From Amphiura filiformis (lineage: Eukaryota): a stretch of DNA of 64,000 nt. How positions within the stretch are numbered: position 1 is the first letter of the stretch; the number at the start of each line of letters is the position of its first letter. A program made the translations under genes and the position numbers. The notes beneath the pieces were generated by a model. The model made no database searches. It saw nothing but the letters and a program-made list of their open reading frames with translations, and was not told the origin of the DNA. Of the stretch, positions 51,819 to 63,768 are shown one piece after another. The DNA lies in assembly GCF_039555335.1 (NCBI RefSeq), contig NC_092633.1:21228334-21292333 (forward strand), given 5' to 3'.

Positions 51819-51946
51819 ATGACACTAATGGTGTAGAAAAACACTTTGAAGTCAGTATTCATGTTGATTCTTTCAACTATGAACCGGCGAGCTTTGACAT
51901 GCCACAGGGACTTCTAAACGAACTAATTGATACCACAATTGATACG
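51819..51946 (+). CDS. Mucin-like gene copy B, SEA N-terminal exon
   Basis: Same splice sites as A2. Encodes '..FEVSIHVDSFNYEPASFDMPQGLLNELIDTTIDT'. Confidence 0.75.
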
Positions 51947-52377
51947 GTAAGCACATAATAATCTTTAGTCCTGTATCTACGGGAAGTTAATGATGACCCC
52001 CACAGGGCTCTACCAAACCAACCTTTTTAGCTTCCTTTTATGGTCCTATAACACATTCAAGATGTTAACAAAAAATAATTCCCGGCACTCCGGCCATATT
52101 CAAGGTTAAAGGTCAACACAGTGGTCAAATTTCAAATCTGAATAACAAGCACACCAAAGTATTTCCCTCATTCGGGATTCAGAAAAAGTATAGTTTGACC
52201 TACATGCGACATACCGTTCATGAGTTATAAAAAAAAGGTCAAATTTTGGGGGCCACACATAGGCCAAAAATTAAGAATGCTCAGATTTCAACGAAAATGG
52301 TCTCAAATTGCTTGTCATGTAAAAACAAGTCAAAGAAGGAATCGTAACTTTTGTGATATTCATTTTCTCTTTTGCAG

Positions 52378-52597
52378 ATGGAAAAAGAGTTTCGTAAAAA
52401 GACCGACAAGAAAACTAAAGTGATATTGAAGGGTTCCCGTGAAGGCAGTGTTATCGTGGATATGTTAGTCAATTTTTCTTCCGGTGAAAACGTCACTGTA
52501 GACAATGTCTTGCAACCGATGTGTGATTTCCTGACTGAAGATAACTACCTTGGAGATTCCACGCTGAAAATAAACCCAGATCGAACAACTGTGAGAG
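52378..52597 (+). CDS. Mucin-like gene copy B, SEA exon with GSVIV
   Basis: 'MEKEFRKKTDKKTKVILKGSREGSVIVDMLVNFSSGENVTVDNVLQPMCDFLTEDNYLGDSTLKINPDRTTVR'. Donor 'gtgagag|gtaaac'. Confidence 0.8.
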
Positions 52598-52989
52598 GTA
52601 AACACATACCAAAAAGTAATTACCCCCATTAATTAATGACCATTTAATAGTCAAACACGGTTGATCGTATGCCAAATTTGTTACATGCAGTCGAACCAGA
52701 ATTTATTCCTGCGCATTATGACACCTCATTTATTGCTATTGATGCCACAGTGAATATTTAAATGAACTTAACCCAAGATTTGAAAGTTGCAGCAAAATAT
52801 TGTTATCACTGTTGTTACTATTGTCATGATTGTAGCTTTAGTTGCTGCTGATGTTGTTACTATTATAGCAGTATCATTATCAGTTTGAAGAATGAAGAAA
52901 CGATTTAACAATTTAACGATTCTGCAATGACCTTGGTCACTAAAGTAGCTGTAAGTATAAGCTTAGGAAATACAGTCAAATATAAGCTG

Positions 52990-53760
52990 TATATCAGTGT
53001 TGTAGTCGAGACCGGCCTATCCGAGACCAAGACCAAGACCGAGACCAGGCAGTCCGAGACCGAGACCAAGACCGAGACCAGCTGGTCCGAGACCAAGACC
53101 AGCTGGTCCGAGACCGAGACCAAGACCGAGACCGCCAGGTCTGAGACCGAGACCGGGCATGAAAGTAATATCATTAATAAATTAATCTCGGTGACTGGTA
53201 CATGATGGGCCATACAATCTATTTTTATAGTGCTAGATTTTTAAGCAAGGATACCAAAATTCAATTATTTTTCAAAACATTTGGATCCAAAACAAGCGAA
53301 ATAATAAGGCGGTTCAAATGACCCGTTAGTAACATCAAAAGGGTAATATTCATGGGCCCAAAAGCTATAAGAAAATGCACTCATAAAGCTCAATGCGCCT
53401 TTGATCATGGTGATATAAGTTGCAGGTAGCGTTATCTGTTATCCCTCTAATGATTCAATTGATGAAAACTGTTTGAGCAAATTACTGCCAGATAACCAGA
53501 ATGGTATTATTTTGCCTGTCTCGAACCCGGTCTCGGACCGAGACCAGGAGGGCCGAGACCGAGACCAAGACCGAGACCGGCAGGTCCGAGACCGAGACCG
53601 GGCATGAAAGTAATATCATTAATAAATTAATCTCGGTGACTGGTACATGATGGGCCATACAATCTATTTTTATAGTGCTAGATAGTGCTAGGGCCGAGAC
53701 CGAGACCAAGACCAGCAGGTCCGAGACCAAGACCAGGCTTAGCTGCTTATCTTATGAAAG
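52990..53760. repeat. Copy-B-specific intron-3 insertion carrying (GAGACC/AAGACC)n hexamer microsatellites in both orientations and an internal ~100-bp segmental duplication
   Basis: 'gagaccaagaccaagaccgagaccaggcagtccgagaccgagacc..' at 53010-53160, inverted at 53520-53580. Duplicated segment 53140-53235 = 53585-53690. Absent from copy A intron 3. Confidence 0.5.
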
Positions 53761-54379
53761 TATAAGTTTCCTCAGCAGTAGGAAGGAGAAAGAGTAGAGC
53801 TAGCAACCTCAACTTACTGATTACCAGTAGCGTATCCAACTCTTCGAAACCAGTGGAGGGCACAACATTGCCAATGTACCGACGGCCTAAGGGATGTCCT
53901 CCCAACTTTCAAATCTGGACCTCACTACATTAAATTGGCCGGTTTTTCATTGTTTTCTCGGCTATCGTATCAAATGAGGTGTCAAAATGCGCAGAAATAC
54001 ATTCTGCTTCCAGTGCATTGATACAGATTTGTAATACAACAGCCCGTTTTTGAATAATGGCCATTACTTACTTGAGATGTTTAGTTTTCCTAGTATTATA
54101 TCAATTGACTGACAAAGGCTGTTACCAATGCCAAATACTTTGACCCCTCGCCCTCAGCAACCACAAGGTCTTGATGAAACCTTCATGGGGGAGGAGGGCA
54201 CTCAACATACGTATTAGGCCTATGGGGTGTAGGGGTTTTCGGAATTGCCAGAGAGCCTAAAATGGAACCCTTGACCGCCGCACATATCCATAATTCAACC
54301 GTTATAAATGTTGCAGTATGGATGCAAGTAGTAAGACATGGTCATCTAACTCCGCCATTTTCTCCTATTTCTCTTTCAG

Positions 54380-54455
54380 AATTATGTGCAGAAGGTTTCT
54401 GTTTCAATAATGGCATTTGTAATTACGATGCAGGTCTTAATTCAGAGACATGTTT
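54380..54455 (+). CDS. Mucin-like gene copy B, EGF-like exon
   Basis: 'ELCAEGFCFNNGICNYDAGLNSETC'. Same splice sites as A4. Confidence 0.8.
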
Positions 54456-54597
54456 GTAAGTAGTAGACCTGCAACATCTATTTTCAGTGTAGCTTATAAT
54501 GAAGTAATCTGATTACATGAAGATTCTGGTGAAATCTTTTTAGTACTCAATATTTATTCCTGCTGAAAATTCTTCAACAAATCTCTGTATTCGATAG

Positions 54598-54752
54598 GAG
54601 TTTCACTGGATACTCTGGCAGTAACTGTCAACAACCTGATGTATCAAAGACGACGGAAAAACCACTTACATCAAATAAACCTGGTGTAACCAGACTCGTT
54701 CCTGTGGTGATAAATGGCAACCCCGCACCGGTCGTCTACTCATCTAATAACG
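54598..54752 (+). CDS. Mucin-like gene copy B, EGF end plus linker exon; 12 nt shorter than A5 (in-frame)
   Basis: 'LSFTGYSGSNCQQPDVSKTTEKPLTSNKPGVTRLVPVVINGNPAPVVYSSNN'. Intron 4 is only 142 bp here because the Tc1 insertion is absent. Confidence 0.75.
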
Positions 54753-55765
54753 GTAAGTGTGTACAGGATATAGTCACAAATTTATCAAGGGCTGTACCAC
54801 CTTAACAGAAAGTAATTATAGGATAATTTAAAAATGCCACAACGAAACTTAAGGTGGTACTACACCCCTTGATAAATTTGTGACTATTTTTGTATTTTTC
54901 TCAAAAAATGATAACACACGGGTAACAAAAGCTATGTATATTATAGGGGCAAGGAATCCAATTAATACACTGGAATTTCAGTGACTCAAGACAAGTGGTA
55001 CGTTATTTATGATAAGAAAAGAGGTACCACTAGAATGTACCTAATTTCTTAACGTATATAATGAACCACTTGTCTTGAATCCTGAATTGGATTCCTTGCC
55101 CCTATAATATACATAACTTTTGTTCCCAGTGTGTAGTTATTTTTTGAGAAAAATGCAAAATTAGTCACAAAATTTACCAGGGGGTGTAGTATCACCTTAA
55201 CAGAACGAAATAGTGTGCGATAGCGTGATAAGGCAGCTACCACATTTTGCTTTTAATTTTGAAAATTGACCCTTCCGTTGTCATCGTAAGTCTTGTATTT
55301 CAAGAACGAAGACATACAAACATCCAAAGTTCAAAATTCCCAAAGTGCATGAAAGTTGTCTTATTGTACAATTGCATAGATTATTCTATCTTGTTTTGTT
55401 CAGGAATAAATACTAAAAACACAATTTCCGACCGCCAGAGACACCCTGTGTTCGGTTTATTAATTACTTGAGCTGGAAGAAGGGGCTAGGGTGTACCCTC
55501 GAAAATCAACTTCTAATAAACGTGTGTAGATTGGTCAATGAGTTACAGAAGTATGAACGATATCCTCTTTTGTCTTGCTTAAATTGCAACAAAATGTGCC
55601 CAGAAGATGGGGGTCGCGGGCTTTAAAATACCGACATCAATATAAAAAAAAAGGATTCACAAACTCGCCCTCCCAATCGCCCTTCATTGCTATACCATCT
55701 GTACTGATTTGATTCATTTGTTATTGTTTAAATGAATAAGAACCGTAGAGTTTATTTCTCAACAG

Positions 55766-55862
55766 ACACGTGGTTGTTCGTCGGCATTCTTAGTGGGATT
55801 GCCATGGCTTTGATGATATTTCTCGCCCTTATGGTGGCGCTGATCTACTGGGTACAGAAGAA
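55766..55862 (+). CDS. Mucin-like gene copy B, transmembrane exon
   Basis: 'DTWLFVGILSGIAMALMIFLALMVALIYWVQK'. Donor 'gaagaa|gtatgt'. Confidence 0.8.
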
Positions 55863-56837
55863 GTATGTATCATTACTATAGCTATATACATATATGACGT
55901 GAAAAAAACACGAGAAGAATTGATTACCTACTGACATAATACTTGTAAATGAAAATAAGAAACTAAGTCACGCAACCCGTTATTAGTTTGGGTGGCTCTA
56001 TTGCCCCTTTTCTTAAAAAGAGTCAGGGATAATCCTGACGAAAACTTGACAGTTTTATATACTTGTCCGACGGCTAACTCTATATAGTGAATATCCGCCA
56101 CGGCTGTAAGGCCTATCAAGTAATAAAGTCATTTTATTCTCTTCTTTAAGGAACCGGATAGCGATATTTTCACGTATTTTTTGTGGGATCTGAGAGCAGA
56201 GCACATCAGACACACCAAATTGCATTTTGAATACGAGGAATGTCCTTATGATACTAAATAATTTTGAATTTTTTTAAATTCGCGATATAACACAAATCTT
56301 ATGGCAAAGTATTACAAATTGAACGGTCCTCGAAGTAAATTGTATCAATGTAATGATAATGTACTTAAAGTCTATATAGCTGAAAGGAAAAGCTGTCCAT
56401 CATATGAAACTTTTGACCTTTCGTATTGAAAATATACATTTTCCCCCACAACTACCTAAAACCTTTTGGTCTTTGGAGGAAAAACTATTTATAATGCGAA
56501 AGGTTAAAATTTACATATGATGGACGGCTCTTCCTCCCAGCTATATAGACTATAAAGTAGAGTTTACTTCCAAGACTGTTAAATATGAAAAATATAAATT
56601 TATAATTTCCATAACATTTGTATTATATCGCAAATGTCAAAAACAAAATCAAAATTATTTGGTATCAGAAAGCCATTCCTCGTATTCAGAGCAATTTGGT
56701 GTGTCTGGTGTGCTCTCAGGCCCCACAAAAATACTGTGAAAAGGTGGGTGACCGACCCCTTAAATTAACTTCCAAGTTTGCATGCATTTTTAAACAATAG
56801 CTACAAGACACGTCTATATCTTTCTTTGACACATTAG

Positions 56838-57408
56838 GGCTTTTCGCCACTTGTACAAAGTGGGTGACATAGAGGCACGTCTAAGCAACAACCAACCACT
56901 TAAGGACTCTCCAAGATCCAATTTACAATCTGCAATATCAGAAAGTGACGAGATTGTTCCTGTGGATATAAGATTGGATCAGAATTTCTTCTTGCGATCT
57001 GTGCCACCTGCTTCCAGCGATTCTCCAGAATATGCCACGACAGGAAAATCACGTGTTTCCGAAAGCGATGAGACGGGAGATACGGATGATCAAGGAAGTG
57101 AACCAGCTCATGAGGCTAAAGAACAGTTTGATGTGGGTGAAAGTCCCAATCAGGAAACTCAACGCAACAAAAAGGAAAACGCCACTTACCAGGAATCATC
57201 TGACCTATCTCCCCCATTGCGACCACCTTTACCAGAACCAGCAGTAGAAGAGCCAAAGAAAAAGAAGCGTAAATGGCCAGCACATCAGCGTGTTCGTAGC
57301 TTGGTTTACAATCCAATACGTGAGGTTTACCATGTTCAACTTGCACAAGCAAATCCTTTACAGGAACCCTCTAACTTCCACTATACCGCATCATATTGGC
57401 CCAAATAA
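56838..57408 (+). CDS. Mucin-like gene copy B, terminal cytoplasmic-tail exon with stop at 57406-57408
   Basis: 'KAFRHLYKVGDIEARLSNNQPLKDSPRS..EPKKKKRKWPAHQRVRSLVYNPIREVYHVQLAQANPLQEPSNFHYTASYWPK*'. AATAAA overlaps or immediately follows the stop. Confidence 0.75.
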
Positions 57409-59497
57409 AATAAAAAAGTCATAATATGACTGTAGCAAATGATTCCTAATATTATTGCTGCAGCTCTTTGTAAATTATATGCATTTCTTAGCCTAAAAGT
57501 TTGAAACAAAAAGTATTCCCACATTACATATTCTTTCGCGCTTAAGGGGGTTTGGGCCATATTAAGTCACTGATATTATAAAACACAAACCATATATAAC
57601 CTTTTACTAGAACAGGGCCTAATTAATCAACATAGGACGTTTTGTTATCATCAACGTCAATCAATTTCCGAGGTCCTATACTTGTAAGTAAACACCACAC
57701 AAAAATAAAGTACACACTTCTTTGTCATAATTTTTAAACCATGAAACATTACAAATGGGAGGAAAGCGTGAAGGATTTTGTTATAGTGGTTACATTTTGT
57801 AAAATAAACGACGCGTTCGTTAAGTTTACGTAAAAGCGGCGACTACAATCCCGGTCATAAATAGTTCGAACACTTTTGTCAGAGTAGGACTGTTTGAAAC
57901 CGTATTTCTGTTATACTTGACATATTAAAATTTCGCTTTCTTTGGCGTGAAGTCTGAACCCTTCCCTACTACCACAACCCTCCCCTGCCCCACCAATCAA
58001 TGTTGGATATTTTTAGGGGTGCGTGGCCAAGAAAAAACAACATTGACCGAGGGGAGGGGGCATATTTGAAGTACCCATGTTAAAGTGTTCTAACAATTAT
58101 GACCGGGATTGTAGCTAATTTTTGATCAATCGTGTAGGTTAAATTAAAATAGACTAAGCAGTATTTTAAGACGCTCAAAAGATACCCAAATTATCCCCAC
58201 ATGATCCAATTCTAATTACGCCTTCAAACATGATCAATTATTCGTGTGGTTTCAATGGAAAATGTAAAACCTGTGCGTGTACGATTAAAACAAAAATATC
58301 CCGCCCTGCTTTGGCGTCTGCGAATAACCGTACAAGTACACGCTTATCAAGTGATATATACAAATATAATAAGAAATACATTGATAAAATTAGATATCAA
58401 AATATGTAAGGGGAGTAGGGGATACTGATCACAACGTGGTAATAGTTAATATTAATAATAACTTCTTTTATTTATTATAATACATCTTAATTCTACAATC
58501 ATATAATTCATAAATATTAACATAATCGATTATACCAACACATAATAAAAAGAACTCAGTTAATAAGTGTATATAAAACCGGATTCATATATAATGTAAC
58601 TTTCTAAAACTTGATTATTCTAAAATGCTTCTTGTAAAATAATCTAAAAGCATACTAGTGCGTTTTGATTGAAAATCTAATAGCCTAATAATGTAACAAT
58701 ATACTCTTCTAGTAATAAAAAAAATTATACCAATTGGGGTAATAAGAAAAGAGGTCGTAGAATTGTTTCATTCAAACTAACAGTTTGATAGTTCATACAA
58801 GAACATCTTCACGTACGTCACATTCACAATTATATTGCTTCACACACACACAACACACATCCACATTTTGAATACAGAAATCTTTATTCAAATGATGGCT
58901 TAGACAGATAAAACGACATTGTCCTTCATAAATACCAACTGAGCATACAGTCCATCCAGAGATACTGGAACTGTGGTCCAACACACTTACTTTGTCTAAG
59001 ACGACTATCATTCTTTTTAAATCGGGTTTTTTCCTTCCGTTCACTTTTGACATTAAACCACATATTGATCGTTCCCGCTGTAATTATATCAGCTGGTACC
59101 TTTTGTAGAAATAAATTTAGATTAATAATTTGAATCCCTTTTGTGTTACTAGATTTCAATGGCTATTCCATTTGAATCAATCTATATAACCCCTATTATG
59201 GAAGGCATGAACTTCATCTCCCACACAGGGAGTGTGAAGTTCAACTGTAATAGCCAAATTTGCCGTGGTAATTATCACATGCAGTTAATCTAACATCGGA
59301 TTCTCATATCAATGATGCAATTTAATTGAGCTCTTCTTAATTGAATAAATCAATGGTGCATTTTGAAACAAATGGAAGTTGATCATAGTCCCTTCGGAGT
59401 CCCTTAAGACTGAAATGGATTGAAAAATAAGAAAGACTCTGGTATCAAAATATAGAAAACAGGTCACGGTATTCTCATTTTTCTGGCACCCACTTAA

Positions 59498-59939
59498 AGC
59501 CATATTATAACATTTGCTGAGGAGGACGCCCTCACTGATTTTTTTAAAATTCATTTTTTTATACAATTATATCAGATACCCTGTAAAAATCAAGACTCTA
59601 GGTGCTGTAGTTTTGTCTAAATCCGAGATTTTGTATAAAACGATGGAACCGGCGTTTTATTATTACGATGGAATTATTAGTCGAACGCATACACGATGTT
59701 CATAACACACAGTACGTACACGGCGTGCGGGACGGTGATCAACACAACAAAGGGTTGTACCATAACATGACCGAAAGAGTGGTATTGGCGACATATGCGC
59801 TGGTAGTAAATTCCAATTTTCTTTGCTTTACCGTAGTTTTTCGGCTCAAAAATAAAAGGGGATATATCTGGTAAAAAAACTAACATTTTATGGCAAAGAA
59901 ATGCTAATCTATTTTGTATGAAAATGTTATAGTATGGCT
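59498..59939. mobile_element. TTAA-flanked MITE (~440 bp, ~17-bp TIRs), copy 1, in the 3' flank/UTR of the minus-strand gene
   Basis: 'TTAA|agccatattataacatt...aatgttatagtatggct|TTAA'. Confidence 0.6.
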
Positions 59940-60355
59940 TTAATAACGGACAAATTCAGTCAACATCAAATTGTAATATAAATAAATCCACATCCTATAC
60001 AGTTTTGTTAGCCCATGTTCATTTCATTAAAGTTTAAAGCTCAGATACAAGCATAAGCTCCAGGCTTCAGCAAGCTCAACAACATAGAAAAATAGACAAA
60101 AAACACATTTCTCACATTTTGCGTAATTGTGCACATAATTATAAACATTTTGCGCCTGTTCACCTGAATTATTACCACATCACTTTCAAGAAGCAAACCA
60201 AATTGTTACTTATTGAACAGATAATTTAGTGGTATATCCCTTCTCTGCTTTTTAAAAGCATTAGTTCACACGAACACAAACTTAATTTCATTTCAAATAA
60301 AATAATTTCGATGACCAAATTGCTATTATGTACATTGTCTTCAAATTGACAAATG

Positions 60356-60620
60356 CTATATTTGAGATTGTCCACTATTGTATTGAAATGTAAATGGCTC
60401 TCTATGCGAAGGATTATAAACTACTCTCATTCTGTTATATGTGCTTGGATGTTGATACCCGGGATAAGGAACCAATGCATTTGGTTGTCTGGTAGGGTGG
60501 AAGAAACTAGGGCCTCCTGGAGGTGGAGGACGGTTGCTGAAATGCGGCATATTGTCGTAATTTCGTGGTCCAGATGAAGGCAACTCGTGATCGGCATTTT
60601 CATCTTTTGATTTTTGCAAT
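60356..60620 (-). CDS. Minus-strand TM-protein gene, terminal exon with proline-rich cytoplasmic tail and stop at 60356-60358
   Basis: Minus-strand acceptor 'ccttgcag|a' is phase 2. Encodes '(R)LQKSKDENADHELPSSGPRNYDNMPHFSNRPPPPGGPSFFHPTRQPNALVPYPGYQHPSTYNRMRVVYNPSHREPFTFQYNSGQSQI*'. Confidence 0.6.
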
Positions 60621-60969
60621 CTGCAAGGTAAGAAACAGTTACACAATAAAGTTAACTGACCATCTCATATCTGTCTCCAAAACAGTTATTTGTATCTCAT
60701 CAATCACACTTCACTTTATCATAGGCATGTCACATGATTTGTTTTATTATGTTTCATTAGATAATATATTGCATCAAGATTGACAATGAAGAAACTTGTA
60801 GGTTCTGCCGACCCCATCCCGGAAACCTACTAGATGCAAAAGCAGTTTTGTAAGACCCCAGACCTCTTCGTCCTGATCTAGCAGCTCTATCATTGATACA
60901 GCTTCACTTAAACCACATGCCTACGTCTTCGTGTTATTATAAGACTTTATTGTTCTCAGATAAACATAC

Positions 60970-61072
60970 CTGTGCCATTGGTGTTGTATACAACAAACTA
61001 CAGTCACAAGAATTATCAGAAGACACGTCAATGTAACAGCTAAAGCAATCAAAATCAACTCCCATGGTGTAA
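60970..61072 (-). CDS. Minus-strand gene, transmembrane exon
   Basis: Acceptor 'ctttttag|tt' and donor 'cacag|gtatgt' on the minus strand. Encodes 'TPWELILIALAVTLTCLLIILVTVVCCIQHQWH'. The donor phase 2 matches the acceptor of the tail exon. Confidence 0.65.
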
Positions 61073-61278
61073 CTAAAAAGAATAGAAATATTTATCATGT
61101 TTATTATCTATTCATGCAGGACACGAAATTTACAATGCTACCCGAATCGTAATTTTACACTGTTTGTTATGTTTTTCTTTGCTAATTTTAACCTGTCTTT
61201 ATCATTATAATCGCCTTATAAATTATACTTTAATTAATAATTTACAATATGAATATTGCATAATACTTTATTGCTTAA

Positions 61279-61739
61279 AGCCATATTATAACATTTGCTG
61301 AGGAAGACGCCCTCACTGAATTTTTAAAATTCCTTTTTTCACACGATTAAATTGTACTTTATTAAACCAATATACCCTGCAAAAATCAAGACTCTAGGTG
61401 CTGTAGTTTTGTCAAAATCCGAGATTTTGAATAAAACGCCGGAACCGGCGTTTTATCATTACGATGGCATTATTAGTCGAACGCATACACGATGTTCATA
61501 ACACAGAGTACGTACACGGCGTGCGGGACGGTGATATACACAGCCAAGGGTCGTACCACAACATGACCGAAGGAGTGGTACGTATTGGCGACATGTGCGC
61601 TGGTAGTAAATTCCAATTTTCTTTGCTTTGCCGTAGTTGTTCGGCTCAAAAATAAAAGGGATATATCTGACAGTAAAAGCTAACATTTTGTGGCAAAGAA
61701 ATGCTAATCTATTTTGTTTGAAAATGTTATAATATGGCT
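61279..61739. mobile_element. TTAA-flanked MITE, copy 2, in the intron between the TM and stalk exons of the minus-strand gene
   Basis: 'TTAA|agccatattataacatt...aatgttataatatggct|TTAA'. ~90% identical to copy 1. Confidence 0.6.
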
Positions 61740-61792
61740 TTAAACCTCTAAAAATCATGCATATTAAATTTAAAATCCTCTCAAAGGCCCAC

Positions 61793-61852
61793 CTGTTGCT
61801 ATAGACTGGGTTACAACGGCTGGTTGAGTTGGTGCTGTTGTTGTCACGAGTT
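61793..61852 (-). CDS. Minus-strand gene, S/T/P-rich juxtamembrane stalk exon (phase 1-1)
   Basis: Acceptor 'ttttatacag|aa' and donor 'caacag|gtgggc'. Encodes 'LVTTTAPTQPAVVTQSIAT'. Confidence 0.55.
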
Positions 61853-62511
61853 CTGTATAAAACAGGATAAAAACAAATTTGACATCCATTAAGCTCGCTT
61901 TGCTAAGTCAGGGACAAAATTGTGCATTGGGTAAGCTGCGTCGATGACTGGTAAATCAGATTAAGTTGAAAGAAAGATGAAAACAAACACATTGCGGGTT
62001 CGTTTTTTTTTCTTTCATTATTACACGGGTAAAATCAGCATATATGAGAAGTTACAATACTTCCGTCTTCGAGCTTACGATCTGTGACAAAGTGACGCAA
62101 TTTATCCACTGTAGTTTGTGAAATAACTGTCCAATATGTTGAAAGTTTCAAGTACGGCTGAAGAATGCTAATGGTGACGAAACTGATTTATATAGGTATT
62201 ATAATATCCGATCCATACTCTATACAAGCACAACAACGCAAGTCTATTCCAAGGGATCTTGAATATCAATCTGCAATATGACGCACAGTACAGCTCCGTT
62301 GAAAGCTATAGTGCCAAATAATGTGACAATTAAATTATTAATTACAAGGTGACCTCTCTTACGAAAATGAAACATCTTCGTTTCATGTCCCACCTTCCAA
62401 TCCAAACTGCTGACCCAGGTAAACCCTGTTACGTGTATCCATGAAATCTCGTAATTCGTATCAAATCCCATATTCATTAAACAAAACACATAATAATGTT
62501 GGCCGACTTAC

Positions 62512-62753
62512 CCATCTCGCAATTGAGACCCTCTCTACCATCAGGGCACGTTACATACGAGACAGTGGAACTTATACCAACATTTACGTCATCCTCTATA
62601 GCACGTTTACGTCTTCCTATCGGTATAGTTACGGTGCGATACGTAATTACACGTAGTTCATACTCCTGACCAGCTTCAAGATTGTCAACCGAACCTGCTA
62701 CGGTGGATGGATCCATCTGTGTGGTGTTGGTCCAATCTTCATCATCGATTAAC
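62512..62753 (-). CDS. Minus-strand gene, exon with FN3 C-terminal half, RRKR furin-type site and Cys-containing segment
   Basis: Acceptor 'ttattttag|g' and donor 'gagatgg|gtaagt'. Encodes 'LIDDEDWTNTTQMDPSTVAGSVDNLEAGQEYELRVITYRTVTIPIGRRKRAIEDDVNVGISSTVSYVTCPDGREGLNCEM'. Confidence 0.6.
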
Positions 62754-63011
62754 CTAAAATAAATACAACCAATTATTATCACTGATGCCTTGTTTTACGT
62801 TTGTTTGAAAGATTTGCCGTTTCAGACAAAATATATGACAAATTAAATATATTTAAAGCTTCTTTAACGTAGTATATCATTACAATATTGTGTTTGCATG
62901 TTATGTTTCCTGTTGATGTTGAATGAAACCGTTATCATGATTCACGTCAGAGTCATTATCCATAATAATCATGAACATCATTTTACCATGCGCACTAGCA
63001 TGTTACCTTAC

Positions 63012-63123
63012 CTGTACTGTACCATGGTCCAGTCGGCTTGTACTGTTATGACCCAAGTTATTTCGAGAGTCGAACTAGTGGCTTGTTCAAGCACTACGTC
63101 ATACGCACCAATCTCAGTGTAAT
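63012..63123 (-). CDS. Minus-strand gene, FN3 N-terminal half exon
   Basis: Acceptor 'ttttcctacag|at' and donor 'cagtacag|gtaagg'. Encodes 'DYTEIGAYDVVLEQATSSTLEITWVITVQADWTMVQY'. The phase joins the next exon to give '..QYRLIDD..'. Confidence 0.6.
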
Positions 63124-63768
63124 CTGTAGGAAAATACATATCAAAGTATGAAACAATAAAAATAGAAACAATGGCAACAACATATCTAAATAGCTTTTCA
63201 TACTTGACTCTGTCCATTAAAACAGAACTGTTTTTAGCATTAAAAAGGCATTTCGTGATCCACAGCACCATTCTCCAGCCACTTTTCTCCAAAAAAGAGA
63301 TTTTTATACCACTAGAAACCTCTTGCTACATAATGTTTATATACAAAAAATTCTTGTAGATTAGCAAAGATATCTGAATTTTGAATTACGTTCTGGTGCA
63401 CCAGAACGAAATTACAACACATTGTTTATGAAGCAGTGTAATACGCATAATCATGACCAACTCGCCAACGCAAAATCAGAATCAACTGAAATTTTAGGAA
63501 TAAGCTTTTTTCGTGGATATCTACTGAAAAATGTCATAAAAAGAGGATGCTAGAATCACGAAATACTCTTTTAAGTTGCATAAAAACACTGATAGCAAAG
63601 GACATGCATGGATACTAAGCAACAAGGTAAACTTTTTGCAATATGTATTTGTCCGTATTTTTAAATACTGGTAAGATAACGGAGTTCAAATTTTAAGAAC
63701 ATAATTATCTGAAACACAATTTATCACATAATAACCAGAAATATTTTTTGATTGGTTTTGAAAGTTAC

